Part shown: in pieces, positions 29,245 to 39,128 of the stretch
How positions within the stretch are numbered: position 1 is the first letter of the stretch
Layout of the letters: every line of letters starts with the position of its first letter
Assembly (NCBI GenBank): GCA_050184075.1
Contig: JBFXAS010000001.1
Coordinates: 32,013 to 96,012, forward strand
Length of the DNA stretch: 64,000 nt
Source: Gemmatimonadales bacterium
GTDB lineage: Bacteria > Gemmatimonadota > Gemmatimonadetes > Gemmatimonadales > GWC2-71-9
Direction: 5' to 3'
Notes under the pieces: generated by a model
What the model was told of the DNA's origin: nothing
Databases searched by the model: none
The model's input: the letters and a program-made list of their open reading frames with translations, nothing else
Translations under genes and position numbers: made by a program

Positions 29245-30282
29245 ATGACCACGACCAGCGAATCCGTCCTGATCGTCGGCGCCGGCCCCATCGGCCTCGC
29301 CACCGCGATCTCCGCCAGGCGCCGGGGAATCGACCCCCTGCTGATCGACGCCGGCCCGATCGCCAGCTCGATCGTGCGCTACCCGACCGGCATGAGCTTC
29401 TTCACCACCCCAGACCGGCTGGAGATCGGCCGCCATCCGATCGTCTGCGGGGGCCCCAAGCCGACCCGCGAAGAGGCGCTGATGTACTACCGGGGCGTGG
29501 CCCGCGTCGAGGAGCTCCGGATCCGCACCTACCAACGCTTCGTGGGCGCCACCCGGGCGGCCGACGGCTTCCATTCCGAGATCGAGCGGACCCTGAGCGA
29601 GCCGACCCGCGAGACCATCGTGTCCGAGCGGCTGATCCTCGCCACCGGCTATTTCGACCACCCCAATCGGCTCAACGTCCCGGGCGAGGAGCGGCCCCAC
29701 GTCTCCCACTACTCCGCCGAGCCGCACCTGCTCGCCGGACTCGACGTGGTGATCGTGGGCGGCAAGAACTCCGCCGTGGAGCTGGCCTTGAACGCCTTTC
29801 GCGCCGGCGCCCGGGTGACGCTGGTGCACCGCCGCCCCGAGCTCAAGCCGAGCGTGAAGTACTGGCTCCGGCCGGATTTTCTGAACCGGGTCAAGGCCGG
29901 CGAGATCGCCGCGCGGTGGGAGACGGTGGTCGACGCGATCGGCCCGCGCACGGTGACGCTCCGGGACGCGGCGGGCCGGACCAGCGAATTGCCCGCCGAT
30001 CGGGTCTTCCTGCTCACCGGCTATCGCCCGGACTTCGACCTGCTCCGCTCGCTCGGCGTGGAGCTCGCCCCGGACACCGGCCGGCCCACCCACGACCCGA
30101 CCACGCTCGAGACCAACGTCCCGGGACTCTATCTCGCGGGCAGCCTCACGGCCGGACGCTTCATCTCCGAGGTCTTCATCGAGAACGGGCGTTACGACGG
30201 CGAGAAGATCTTCGGCACCCAGTCCGAGCGCGAGGGCGCGATGCGGCGATTCGGCGAGCCGGAGCGGCCGGTCGGCGAATGA
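29245..30282 (+). CDS. ypdA: YpdA-family FAD/NAD(P)-dependent (putative bacillithiol) disulfide reductase
   Basis: VLIVGAGPIGLATA, FFTTPDRLEIG, ATGYFDHPNRLNVPGE and FIENGRYDGEKI closely follow the YpdA pattern as I recall it. Confidence 0.7.
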   Translation: MTTTSESVLIVGAGPIGLATAISARRRGIDPLLIDAGPIASSIVRYPTGMSFFTTPDRLEIGRHPIVCGGPKPTREEALMYYRGVARVEELRIRTYQRFVGATRAADGFHSEIERTLSEPTRETIVSERLILATGYFDHPNRLNVPGEERPHVSHYSAEPHLLAGLDVVIVGGKNSAVELALNAFRAGARVTLVHRRPELKPSVKYWLRPDFLNRVKAGEIAARWETVVDAIGPRTVTLRDAAGRTSELPADRVFLLTGYRPDFDLLRSLGVELAPDTGRPTHDPTTLETNVPGLYLAGSLTAGRFISEVFIENGRYDGEKIFGTQSEREGAMRRFGEPERPVGE

Positions 30283-30383
30283 CCGAGGCCGGGCGCCCTG
30301 GCGCTCGCCCGGAGCAGCCGGTCGGCGGATGACCGAGGACGGGCGCCCTGGCGCTCGCCCGGAGCAGCCGGTCGGCGGATGAG
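30261..30383. repeat. 50-bp tandem repeat, about 2.5 copies, duplicating the ypdA 3' end including its stop codon
   Basis: Copy A 30261-30310 is ggagcggccggtcggcgaatgaccgaggccgggcgccctggcgctcgccc. Copy B 30311-30360 differs at 3 positions. Copy C 30361-30383 is identical to B for the first 22-23 nt. Each full copy has an inverted repeat CCGGGCG/CGCCCGG. Confidence 0.9.
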
Positions 30384-30395
30384 CCGTGCGCCGCG

Positions 30396-31925
30396 CTAGC
30401 GCTCGCTCCGCCGGAGGACCGCACCCGGCAGCGCCCCAGTGGTCGCCGCGCCGTCCCAGACCTCCCGCCCCGCGACCCAGACCCGCTTCACGCCGACCGA
30501 GACCAGGTGCGGCTCGGCCGGCGTCGCGCGGTCGCCGATCGTCGCCGGGTCGAAGAGCACCAGATCCGCGGCCTTGCCGGGCGCGAGGGTTCCACGCCGC
30601 TCGAACCCGAGATGGGCGGCGGTGCCGCCCGTCATCTTGCGGACCGCGTCCTCCAGGGTGAGCACGCCTCGCTCCCGCACGTAGCGGCCGAGCACCCGCG
30701 GGAAGGCGCCGAAGCCGCGCGGGTGGGCCCCCTCGAGCGCGCCGTCGGAGCAGATGTTGGTGTGCTCCCAGGCCATCAGTCGCTCGATGTCGGGCTCGGC
30801 CATGCTGGTCGCCACCACGCTCTCGACCACACCGGCCTCGCCGCCGAGCCGGCGCTCGTACGCCTGCGACTCGCGAATCAGACCCATCAGGGTCGCCGCC
30901 GGATCCTCGCGCCGGAGCCGGGCGATCTCGGCAACGGTCTTGCCTCGATATTCTGGATTGGCCGCGAAGTCGCCGATCAGGAGGCCTTCGGGCTTGGCCA
31001 GCTCGCGGAGGATCTTCTCCGCCTCGGCGCGATTGTCGAAGTCCCGCTTGGGAAAGAGCACCGTCAGGGTCGATTGCCAGTACGGATAGGGATAGATGTC
31101 CGCCGTCACCTCGATCCCCTCCGCGCGGGCCCGGTCGAGCACCCGGATCAGGCTGTCGGCCTGACCCCAGAGCGGCACCATCGCCAGCTTGACGTGGCTG
31201 ATCTGGACCGGGATTCCGGCCTCCCGTCCGATCGCGAGAATCTCGTCGATCGCGTCCCAGAACCAGCGGTCCTCGCTCCTGACGTGGCTGATGTAGCGAC
31301 CGCCGGCGGCCGCGGCCACCCTGGCGAGCGCGAGCACCTCGGAGCGCTCGGAGTAGATCCCCGGGTCGTACTCGAGCCCCGTCGAGAGCCCGAGCGCGCC
31401 GGCGCCGAGCTCCCGCTCCAGCAGGGCCGCCATCGAGTCCACCTCGGCCGATGTCGCGGCGCGCCGGAAGTCATCGCCCATCACCGCCCGCCGGATGCTG
31501 CCGTGACCCGCGTAGAAGGCGACGTTGACCGCGGCGCCGACCCGGGCGATCGAGTCCATCGCCGCGGCGAGCGGCATCGGGTGACCGCCGTCCTGTCCGG
31601 CCACGATGGTGGTGACGCCCTGACTCACCACGGCGAGCGCGTCGGGCGTCTCGGGGAGACCGCTCACGTGATGGCTGTGGCTGTCGATGAATCCGGGCGC
31701 CAGCACCAGCCCGCCGGCGTCGACCACCGAGTCTCCCGACGCCGGCGTCACCTCGGGACCCACCGCCACGATCGAGTCGCCGACCAGGCGGAGCGCTCCA
31801 CCGTAGCCCGGGGCACCGGTGCCGTCGACGATGGTCGCGTTCACGATGGTGAGGCCGGCCGGCGCGTCGCCCGCCGCGGCGCAGCTTGCCAGGAGCCAGA
31901 AGAGGAGGAGCCACGTCAGGCGCAT
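30396..31925 (-). CDS. N-acyl-D-amino-acid deacylase (D-aminoacylase) family amidohydrolase, secreted
   Basis: Start MRLTWLLLFWLLASCAAAG (ATG 31925). IVNATIVDGTG...PGFIDSHSHH metal-binding motif. Confidence 0.8.
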   Translation of the reverse strand: MRLTWLLLFWLLASCAAAGDAPAGLTIVNATIVDGTGAPGYGGALRLVGDSIVAVGPEVTPASGDSVVDAGGLVLAPGFIDSHSHHVSGLPETPDALAVVSQGVTTIVAGQDGGHPMPLAAAMDSIARVGAAVNVAFYAGHGSIRRAVMGDDFRRAATSAEVDSMAALLERELGAGALGLSTGLEYDPGIYSERSEVLALARVAAAAGGRYISHVRSEDRWFWDAIDEILAIGREAGIPVQISHVKLAMVPLWGQADSLIRVLDRARAEGIEVTADIYPYPYWQSTLTVLFPKRDFDNRAEAEKILRELAKPEGLLIGDFAANPEYRGKTVAEIARLRREDPAATLMGLIRESQAYERRLGGEAGVVESVVATSMAEPDIERLMAWEHTNICSDGALEGAHPRGFGAFPRVLGRYVRERGVLTLEDAVRKMTGGTAAHLGFERRGTLAPGKAADLVLFDPATIGDRATPAEPHLVSVGVKRVWVAGREVWDGAATTGALPGAVLRRSER

Positions 31926-32085
31926 CGATCGCGATCCGGATTCGGTGTCCCCGAAACTGGAGATCGACGGCGAGCCTTGGCAAGAGGGGCGACCGCGAGG
32001 TAAGAACCCGAGCACGGCACCTTCACGCCGCGCCCGCCAGCCACGATATTGCGGCCGACCCCCCACGACCACCACGAGGCGCCTC

Positions 32086-33456
32086 ATGACCCGATCGACC
32101 CTCGCCGTCGTCCTCCTCGCCTTCGCGGCGGCCGCGCGCTCGCCCGCGCTCGCCCAGGCCCGCACCGGCCAGCCCAACGTGGTGCTGATCATCACCGACG
32201 ACGTCGGCCACGGGGACATCGGGAGCTACGGCTCACCCGACATCGCCACCCCCAACATCGACGGCCTCGCCCGAGACGGGGTCCGGCTCACCGCCTTCTA
32301 CGCCAACGGCCCGCTCTGCAGCCCCACCCGGGCCGCCCTGGTTTCCGGCCGCTACCAGCAGCGCGCGGCGATCGAGCAGGCCTTCGGCCACGCCCGCTCG
32401 CCTTCCGCCGAGAAGGGGCTCCCGGCCAACGGCCGCTCGCTCCCCGCCTTGCTCAAGACCAACGGCTACGCCACCGCGCTGCTCGGCAAGTGGCACCTCG
32501 GCTACCTGCCGGAGCGGAGCCCGAATGCCCACGGGTTCGACTACTTCTTCGGCTTCAAGAGCGGTTACGTCGACTACTATCGGCACACCGACGGCAACGG
32601 GCGCCCCGACCTCTTCGAGAACGAGCGACCCACCACCGCCAGCGGGTACATGACCGACCTGATCACCGAGCGCTCGGTCTCCTTCATCCGGCGGAACGCG
32701 AGCCGCCCCTTCTTCGTCGAGATCGCCTACAACGCTGGCCACTGGCCCTACCAGCGGCCCGACCAGCCCTCGACCGCGCGGGGCAATGCCGCTCACCTGA
32801 TGCCGTACGACGACTCCACCAGCACTCGCGAGGATTATGTCGCGATGATCGAGCGGGCGGATCAAGGCATCGGCCGGATCCTCGGCACCCTCGACGAGCT
32901 CGGTCTGGCCGGCAACACCCTGGTGATCTTCACCAACGACAACGGTGGGGAGTGGCTCTCCAGCAACGCGCCGTTTTTCCACCGGAAGTGGACGCTCTGG
33001 GAAGGCGGCATCCGGGTGCCGGCCATCCTCCGCTGGCCGGGTCGGATTCCGGCGGGAACGGTCTCGAGTCAGGTAGGAATCACCATGGATCTCACCGCGA
33101 CGGTGCTCGCCGCCACCGGCACCCGCGTGCCGAGCGACGCCCGGCTCGACGGAGTGAACCTGCTACCGGTGCTGGAGGGACGCGCGCCGGAGACCGAGCG
33201 GACGCTCTTCTGGCGGACCACCGCGGGCGGCTTCCGTCAGCGCGCCGTCCGGAGCGGGGACTGGAAGCTCCTGATCGACGGCACCGCGGTCATGGTGTTC
33301 GACGTCCGGAAGGACCCGACCGAGCGCGACGATCTCGCCGCCCGGCGGCAGGACGTGGCCCACCGGCTGATGCCCCTCCTCCGCGCCTGGGAAGCCGACG
33401 TCGACGTCGACGCCAAGCGGGCCGACCCCGAGGCCGGCACCGATGGCTCGAGATGA
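32086..33456 (+). CDS. Sulfatase (arylsulfatase family)
   Basis: Signal peptide MTRSTLAVVLLAFAAAARSPALAQA. LIITDDVGHGDIGSYG and the formylglycine motif CSPTRAALVSGRY. Confidence 0.85.
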   Translation: MTRSTLAVVLLAFAAAARSPALAQARTGQPNVVLIITDDVGHGDIGSYGSPDIATPNIDGLARDGVRLTAFYANGPLCSPTRAALVSGRYQQRAAIEQAFGHARSPSAEKGLPANGRSLPALLKTNGYATALLGKWHLGYLPERSPNAHGFDYFFGFKSGYVDYYRHTDGNGRPDLFENERPTTASGYMTDLITERSVSFIRRNASRPFFVEIAYNAGHWPYQRPDQPSTARGNAAHLMPYDDSTSTREDYVAMIERADQGIGRILGTLDELGLAGNTLVIFTNDNGGEWLSSNAPFFHRKWTLWEGGIRVPAILRWPGRIPAGTVSSQVGITMDLTATVLAATGTRVPSDARLDGVNLLPVLEGRAPETERTLFWRTTAGGFRQRAVRSGDWKLLIDGTAVMVFDVRKDPTERDDLAARRQDVAHRLMPLLRAWEADVDVDAKRADPEAGTDGSR

Positions 33457-33457
33457 A

Positions 33458-33474
33458 CGCCGCCGATGGCGGCG
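33458..33474. terminator. GC-only hairpin between convergent genes (possible bidirectional terminator)
   Basis: CGCCGCC-GAT-GGCGGCG: 7-bp stem, 3-nt loop, 1 nt after the sulfatase TGA (33454-33456) and 5 nt before the convergent stop (33480-33482). No U-tract. Confidence 0.35.
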
Positions 33475-33479
33475 GGGCG

Positions 33480-34298
33480 TCACCGCCCGGCCACCCGACG
33501 CCCGAGGCTGAACTCGCCTCCCACCGCTAACTGCCTGAGTTGACGGGTGGTGGTCGAGAGCGGGTCGCTGCCCGGCCGACTGGGCGCGAAGTGATAGCGA
33601 AGGGCCCCGAACACCCGCCAGGTGCCGGTTCGGTCGCCGACCGCGACACCGACGGAGCCCGCGACACCGAGGTAGTCGTCTTCGAGGGTGCTCTCGGTGT
33701 AGTTGCACGGCTGGCCCGGATCGCAGCTCGCCAGAACCGCCGGGTGCCGCCATCCGAACCAGCCGCCACCCAGCTCGAGATAGGGACGGACCGGGCCGCG
33801 GTCGGCGTCCAATCGCGCCGCGAGGCCGACGTCGGTCAGCCGCCATCCGCCGCCAGACAGCCACTCGACCGACGGCCCGATCAGGAAGCCTCCCCGCCGA
33901 GCCCCCACCAGGACTCGCCCACCGTAGAGGGCCTGGTCGATCGAATTCCACTCAGCTCGATTGGCCGATCCCTCCACCAGGCCGTCCAGCCGGAACCGGC
34001 CGGGCTCTCGGAAGCCGGGGGTCGGATCGGGAAGAAGCGCCCCCAGCGCCGCACCCAGCGCTGCCCCACCGAGTCCTCCCAGCACAGCGCCCGGGACCGC
34101 ACCGTCGATCCACTCGCCCGAGCAGTCGGCCGCATCGCAGACGCCCTGCGCGAGCAAGGCGCCGAGGGCGCCCGTTGCCGCGGCCCCGATCGCCCCGCCC
34201 AGAACGGCGCCCGTCCGGGCCCGGGTCTGCGCGCTGGCTGGTGCCGCCGTCACCAGCATCAAGGACGCCAGCGCCAGAGCCACACCCTTTCCAGTCAT
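33480..34298 (-). CDS. Hypothetical secreted protein, glycine-zipper region + beta-rich C-terminus
   Basis: Start MTGKGVALALASLMLVTAAPASAQ. GAVLGGAIGAAATGALGALLAQG Gly/Ala zipper. C-terminal alternating pattern ends ...LAVGGEFSLGRR. No family recognised. Confidence 0.45.
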   Translation of the reverse strand: MTGKGVALALASLMLVTAAPASAQTRARTGAVLGGAIGAAATGALGALLAQGVCDAADCSGEWIDGAVPGAVLGGLGGAALGAALGALLPDPTPGFREPGRFRLDGLVEGSANRAEWNSIDQALYGGRVLVGARRGGFLIGPSVEWLSGGGWRLTDVGLAARLDADRGPVRPYLELGGGWFGWRHPAVLASCDPGQPCNYTESTLEDDYLGVAGSVGVAVGDRTGTWRVFGALRYHFAPSRPGSDPLSTTTRQLRQLAVGGEFSLGRRVAGR

Positions 34299-34446
34299 CG
34301 CGCACCCCGGTTGGAAGACGAGGGCAAGATCACTTCCCGGCGTGACTGACGCGTGACCGGCGGCCCTGTGTGAGCCAATCCTCATCGGCGCTGCACCTGG
34401 GCATCAGATCTCCCAGGCGGCGAGCCCCAGGGCTCAGCTCGGCTCC

Positions 34447-36885
34447 CTATTGCTGCCGCAGGGCCACTAGTGGGTCCACCATGGCCGCGCGCCGGGCGGG
34501 CAACAGGCTCGCGAGCACCGCGGCGACGACCAGCACCAGGGCCACGCCCGCCAGGGTGATCGGATCGCTCGGCGCGACCCCGACCAAGAGCGCCCCGAGC
34601 GGCTTCGTGGCGACGAGCGCGATGACGAGGCCGATCGCGAGCCCGACGGTCACCAGAGCCACGCTCTCCCGTACCACCACCCGAACCACCTCGCTCGCCT
34701 TCGCGCCGAGCGCCATCCGGATCCCGATCTCCCGGGTGCGCTGCGCCACCGCGAAGGCGATCACGCCGTAGAGGCCGAGCGCCGCGAGGCCGAGCCCGAG
34801 CAGCCCGAAGGCGCCCAACAGGCCGGCGGCCATCCGCGGCAGGAAGAGCGCCACGCCGAGTTGCTGGGGCATCGTCTTGGCGTCGAAGACCGGCACGTTC
34901 GCGAGGGTGGTGCGGAGCTCGCGCCGCATCAGCTCGAGCGCCGGCCCCGGCTCGCCCCGCGTCGCCGCGATCACGGAGACGATCTCCGGACGCTCCTGAC
35001 CGGCCGGGGTGTAGAGATAGGGCCGCGGCCGCTCGCCCAGGGTCCGGACCTTGGTGTCCCGCGCGACGCCCACGATCTCGACCGGGTCGCCCATTCGGAC
35101 CCGCTCGCCGACGACGTCGACCCGGCCCCAATAGGCCCGCGCCATCGCCTCGCTCACGATCGCGACCCTGGGCGCGTTGGCGTCGTCCGCCGGCTCGAAC
35201 ACCCGGCCAGCCACCAGCGGGATCCCCAACGTCCGGAAGTATTCCGGCCCGACCGCGGCGACATCGACTTCGAGCTCGTCGTCACCGTTCGGCGCGGTGT
35301 AGCCCTCGATCGCGATCCCGCGACTCATGACGGTGAAGCCGAGCGGCACCCGATCCGCGATCTCGGCTCGCTCCACGCCGGGAAGAGCGCGAACCCGCTC
35401 GAGATAGCTCCGGAGCAGCTCCCGATCGGCCTCCGGCGTCCGGCCGCCCTGCTCGAGACTCACCGTCAGGATCGCGATCCGCTCGGTCTCGAAGCCGGGC
35501 TCGATGGACTGTGCTTTCCCCAGGCTTCGAACGAAGAGACCGGCCCCGGCGAGCAGGATCACCGAGACGGCCACCTGACCGACGACCAGCAGGTTCCGGA
35601 GACTGAGACGCCGCCGCGCGCCGCCCACCCGGGCTGCTTCCGACTTGAGCGAGCGGACCAGGTCCGGGCGGGTGGCCCGGAGCGCCGGGGCGAGACCGAA
35701 CAGGACGCCCGTGACGAGCGAGAGCGCCGCCGTGAAGGCGAGCACCCGACCGTCCAGGCTCAGATCGACCGCCACCGGCACCGGGATCGGCGGTTGGAAC
35801 GCCACCAGCGCCCGCGTGATCGCCCAGGCGATCGCGAGCCCCGCGAGACCGCCGAGACCGCCGATCAGCGCGCTCTCCGTGAGCAGCTGACGGATCAGCC
35901 GGCCGCGTCCCGCGCCGATCGCCAGCCGGACCGCAACCTCCCGCTGGCGCGCGGTGGCCCGGGCGAGCAGCAGACCCGCGATGTTGCTGCAGGCGATCGC
36001 CAGCACCAGCCCCACCACCACCAGCAGGAGGGCCGCGATCGGATAGAGCACCCCGTCGATCGACGGATGGAAACGGACCCGCTCCGCCGGCACCACCAGC
36101 GCGCGCCGGCCTTCGTTGCTCTCGGGAAACTCCCGCTCCAGCCGCTGCATCACCAGGTCCACGCCGGCCTGCGCCTGATCCGCGGTGACCCCCGGCGCGA
36201 GCCGCGCGCGCACGAAGGTGCCGCGCGCGCCCCGCTCCTCGTTGCGCCGCGCGCCCGCCGGATCGATCGCGTTGGCCGAGCCGTAGGGCAGCCAGTACTG
36301 GGTCGCGAGCGCGTTGATCACCCCGCGGTACTCGGGCGGCGCCACCCCGACGATGGTGACCGGCGACCCGTTGAGCCGGACCGTCCGCCCCAGGACGTCG
36401 GGCGTGCCCCCGAGCTCGTGCTGCCAGACCTGATGCCCGACCACGGCCACGACGGCGCCGCCATCCTCCTCCTCCGGCAGGAACCCACGGCCGAGCATCG
36501 GGCTGACGCCCAGCACGTCCCAGTAGCTCGCGGATACCGCCTCGACGAACGCCACGGCGGCGCCGTCGTCGGTCTCCCGACTCGCGATCTGCGGCTCGAA
36601 CGCGGTCGTGCCCCGAAAGAGCTCGGTGCGCTCGGCGAAGGCCCGATACTCCGACCGCGAGGTGGTGACGAACTCCTCGCCCCGCGAGTCCCCGACGTAG
36701 ATGTTGACCAGCTCCTCGGGCGCCGCGTACGGCTGGGGCCGGAGCAACGCCGCGTTCACCAGCGCGAAGATCGCGGAGTTGACCCCGATGCCGAGCGCGA
36801 GGATGGTGACGGCCACCAGCGTGAAGCCCGGTGATTGGCGCAGTTGACGGAGCGCGTGGCGAACGTCCCGAACGAAACCGTCCAT
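34447..36885 (-). CDS. ADOP-family duplicated MacB-like permease
   Basis: 812 aa. RHALRQLRQSPGFTLVAVTILALGIGVNSAIFALVNA. Two FtsX-type modules (TREIGIRMALGAKASEV at the C-terminus). No adjacent ATPase or PadR. Confidence 0.85.
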   Translation of the reverse strand: MDGFVRDVRHALRQLRQSPGFTLVAVTILALGIGVNSAIFALVNAALLRPQPYAAPEELVNIYVGDSRGEEFVTTSRSEYRAFAERTELFRGTTAFEPQIASRETDDGAAVAFVEAVSASYWDVLGVSPMLGRGFLPEEEDGGAVVAVVGHQVWQHELGGTPDVLGRTVRLNGSPVTIVGVAPPEYRGVINALATQYWLPYGSANAIDPAGARRNEERGARGTFVRARLAPGVTADQAQAGVDLVMQRLEREFPESNEGRRALVVPAERVRFHPSIDGVLYPIAALLLVVVGLVLAIACSNIAGLLLARATARQREVAVRLAIGAGRGRLIRQLLTESALIGGLGGLAGLAIAWAITRALVAFQPPIPVPVAVDLSLDGRVLAFTAALSLVTGVLFGLAPALRATRPDLVRSLKSEAARVGGARRRLSLRNLLVVGQVAVSVILLAGAGLFVRSLGKAQSIEPGFETERIAILTVSLEQGGRTPEADRELLRSYLERVRALPGVERAEIADRVPLGFTVMSRGIAIEGYTAPNGDDELEVDVAAVGPEYFRTLGIPLVAGRVFEPADDANAPRVAIVSEAMARAYWGRVDVVGERVRMGDPVEIVGVARDTKVRTLGERPRPYLYTPAGQERPEIVSVIAATRGEPGPALELMRRELRTTLANVPVFDAKTMPQQLGVALFLPRMAAGLLGAFGLLGLGLAALGLYGVIAFAVAQRTREIGIRMALGAKASEVVRVVVRESVALVTVGLAIGLVIALVATKPLGALLVGVAPSDPITLAGVALVLVVAAVLASLLPARRAAMVDPLVALRQQ

Positions 36886-37176
36886 GGCGGGTTCCTTGGC
36901 GGTGGTGGCAGTGGCCTTCGACGACCGTTGGGTCTGACGACCTCACTTTGACCTGAGTTTCAGATCGAACCGTTCTTACACGTTCCTCACGGTCGGGCGC
37001 TGGTTGGCCGCGACTCCGCGGCGAACCCAGGTTCCAGCGCCCCAACGAGGGAGAGTTGCTCGACCACCCACCCGAGGCGACTTTCTGCGGCTGGGATGCC
37101 GGTGTCATCGGCCACGAGCGCTGCCCGGAGACCGGCCCGAGTACCTCGAGACCAGACTCGTTGCGACAGGTGGCCC

Positions 37177-39090
37177 ATGACTCCGAACGACCGCGATCTC
37201 GGCATGGGGCGGGCGATCACCCGCCGCGACTTCCTGAACGGCATCGCCGTCGGCGTGGGCGGGGCCATGGCCCTGCCCTGGCTCTCGAGCTGCGCCGCGC
37301 CGGCGCCCACGAGCGCCGGCTATCCGCCCGCACTCACCGGCCTCCGGGGATCGTACCCGGGCACCTTCGAGCCCTTCCACGCGGTCCGCGACGGGATCTT
37401 CTGGCAGGGCGCCGCGGCGCCGCGCTCCACCGGCGAGGAGTACGACCTGGTGATCGTCGGCGGCGGGATCTCGGGACTCTCCGCGGCGCACTACTACCGG
37501 GAGGCTCGCCCCGACGCGCGGATCCTGGTCCTGGACAACCACGACGACTTCGGCGGGCACGCCAAGCGCAACGAGTTCACCCACGAGGGCCGGACGATCG
37601 TGGGCTACGGCGGTGTCCAGTCGATCGACAGCCCCGCACCCTACAGCGCCGTCGCGCACGGTCTGCTCGACACCCTGGGAATCGACGTGGCGCGCTGGCC
37701 CACCGTGGTGGACTGGGAGATCTATCGCTCACGCGGACTGGGCGAAGGGTTCTTTTTCGATGCCGAGACCTTCGGCGCCGATCGCCTGGTGAAGGGCGGG
37801 GTCGACGAGTACGACCAGGCGCTCATCGACGCCGCGCCCTTGAGCGATCGGGTCAAGCGCGACCTCCGCCGTCTCTACACCGAGCCGTTCGATCCCCTGA
37901 AGGGCGCGACCGAGGCCGAGAAGCGTCAGCAGCTCGCCACCATGAGCTACGCCGACTTCCTCACCAAGCGGTGGCAGCTCGATCCGGGTGTGCTGCCCGT
38001 CTTCCAGACGCTGCCCCACGATCTCTTCGGCGTGGGCATCGATGCGATGCCGGCGCAGGACGGCTTCGGGCTCGGCTTCCCCGGCTTCCAGGGCATGGGC
38101 CTCGACCCGAAGGCCAAGGGCCCCGGACAGAATCGCGACGCGACCCCGGCAGACGGCCCGGCAGGCGAAGCGTTCTACTTCCATTTCCCCGACGGCAGCG
38201 CCTCGATCGCCCGCCTCCTCGTGCGACGGCTGCTGCCCGACGCCGTGCCCGGCACCAGCGCCGATGACATCGTCACTTCGCGAGTGGATTACGATCGGCT
38301 GGATCGGCCAGAGGCCGGAGTTCGAATTCGGCTCTCGAGCATCGTGGTCAAGGTCCGACACCTCGATCGCGGCGGATCGAGGGAGCGGGTCGAGGTCACC
38401 TATGTGAAGGACGGCACGATGGCCACCGTCACCGGGCGCTCGGCCGTGCTGGCCTGCTGGCACTCCACCATCCCCTACATGTGCGAGGAGCTCGACCCGA
38501 CCCAGCGAGACGCGCTGCGCTACGCGGTCAAGGTGCCGCTGGTCTACACCACCGTGCTGATCCGGAATTGGCACGCCTTCGAGCAGCTCGGCGTGAGCCA
38601 CGTGACCACCCCCGGCCTCTGGCACACCAGCCTGGGGCTCGACTTCCCGGTGAGCCTCGGCGGCTACCAGTGCGCTCGTACGCCGGACGACCCGGTGATC
38701 GTCCATCTGGACAAGGCCGCCTGCCATCCCGGCGTCCCGGTGCGCGACCAGCATCGCCTGGGCCGGGCCCAGCTGCTCGACACCTCCTACGAGACCATCG
38801 AGCGCTCGATCCGCGCCCAGATGGCCCGAGTGCTCGGCGACGGCGGCTTCGATCCGGCCGCCGACATCCTCGCGATCACCGTGAACCGCTGGTCGCACGG
38901 CTACACCTATCAGTACAACTCGCTCTTCGACCGCTTCTGGCTCGAGGGCAAGGAAACGCCCTGCGAAGTCGCTCGGCGGCCGTTCGGCCGGATCGCGATC
39001 GCCAACGCCGACGCGGGCGCCTACGCCTACACCGACGGCGCCATCGATCACGCCCACCGAGCCGTGCAGGAGCTGCTCGGGCTCGGCTAG
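37177..39090 (+). CDS. Tat-signal FAD/NAD(P)-binding amine-oxidase-fold oxidoreductase (spermidine dehydrogenase SpdH-like)
   Basis: MTPNDRDLGMGRAITRRDFLNGIAVGVGGAMALPWL (twin-arginine motif). DLVIVGGGISGLSAAHYY dinucleotide fold. Family assignment is recall-level. Confidence 0.7.
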   Translation: MTPNDRDLGMGRAITRRDFLNGIAVGVGGAMALPWLSSCAAPAPTSAGYPPALTGLRGSYPGTFEPFHAVRDGIFWQGAAAPRSTGEEYDLVIVGGGISGLSAAHYYREARPDARILVLDNHDDFGGHAKRNEFTHEGRTIVGYGGVQSIDSPAPYSAVAHGLLDTLGIDVARWPTVVDWEIYRSRGLGEGFFFDAETFGADRLVKGGVDEYDQALIDAAPLSDRVKRDLRRLYTEPFDPLKGATEAEKRQQLATMSYADFLTKRWQLDPGVLPVFQTLPHDLFGVGIDAMPAQDGFGLGFPGFQGMGLDPKAKGPGQNRDATPADGPAGEAFYFHFPDGSASIARLLVRRLLPDAVPGTSADDIVTSRVDYDRLDRPEAGVRIRLSSIVVKVRHLDRGGSRERVEVTYVKDGTMATVTGRSAVLACWHSTIPYMCEELDPTQRDALRYAVKVPLVYTTVLIRNWHAFEQLGVSHVTTPGLWHTSLGLDFPVSLGGYQCARTPDDPVIVHLDKAACHPGVPVRDQHRLGRAQLLDTSYETIERSIRAQMARVLGDGGFDPAADILAITVNRWSHGYTYQYNSLFDRFWLEGKETPCEVARRPFGRIAIANADAGAYAYTDGAIDHAHRAVQELLGLG

Positions 39091-39098
39091 TCCGGGCG

Positions 39099-39128
39099 TT
39101 GACCTCTCGTACCCTATTTGAGTACAAT
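39099..39128 (+). promoter_or_regulatory. Sigma-70-type promoter TTGACC-N18-TACAAT
   Basis: TTGACC at 39099-39104 and TACAAT at 39123-39128, within a local low-GC patch immediately after the SpdH-like stop. The predicted TSS is about 39135, only 3-4 nt before ATG 39139. Confidence 0.5.

Noticed and set aside
29164-30093. Upstream 310 codons of the 925-aa minus-strand ORF
   Set aside because: It is antisense to ypdA. The M61 peptidase begins with a signal-like MITIFAAVAV at 29163.
30261-30383. Possible CRISPR array
   Set aside because: The units are directly adjacent with no spacers, there are only 2.5 copies, and they duplicate a gene's 3' end. This is a tandem repeat, not a CRISPR array.
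38305-38330. GGAGTTCGAATTC resembling a tRNA T-arm
   Set aside because: It lies inside the SpdH-like CDS and no acceptor or anticodon arms can be drawn around it. I recognised no tRNA in the window.
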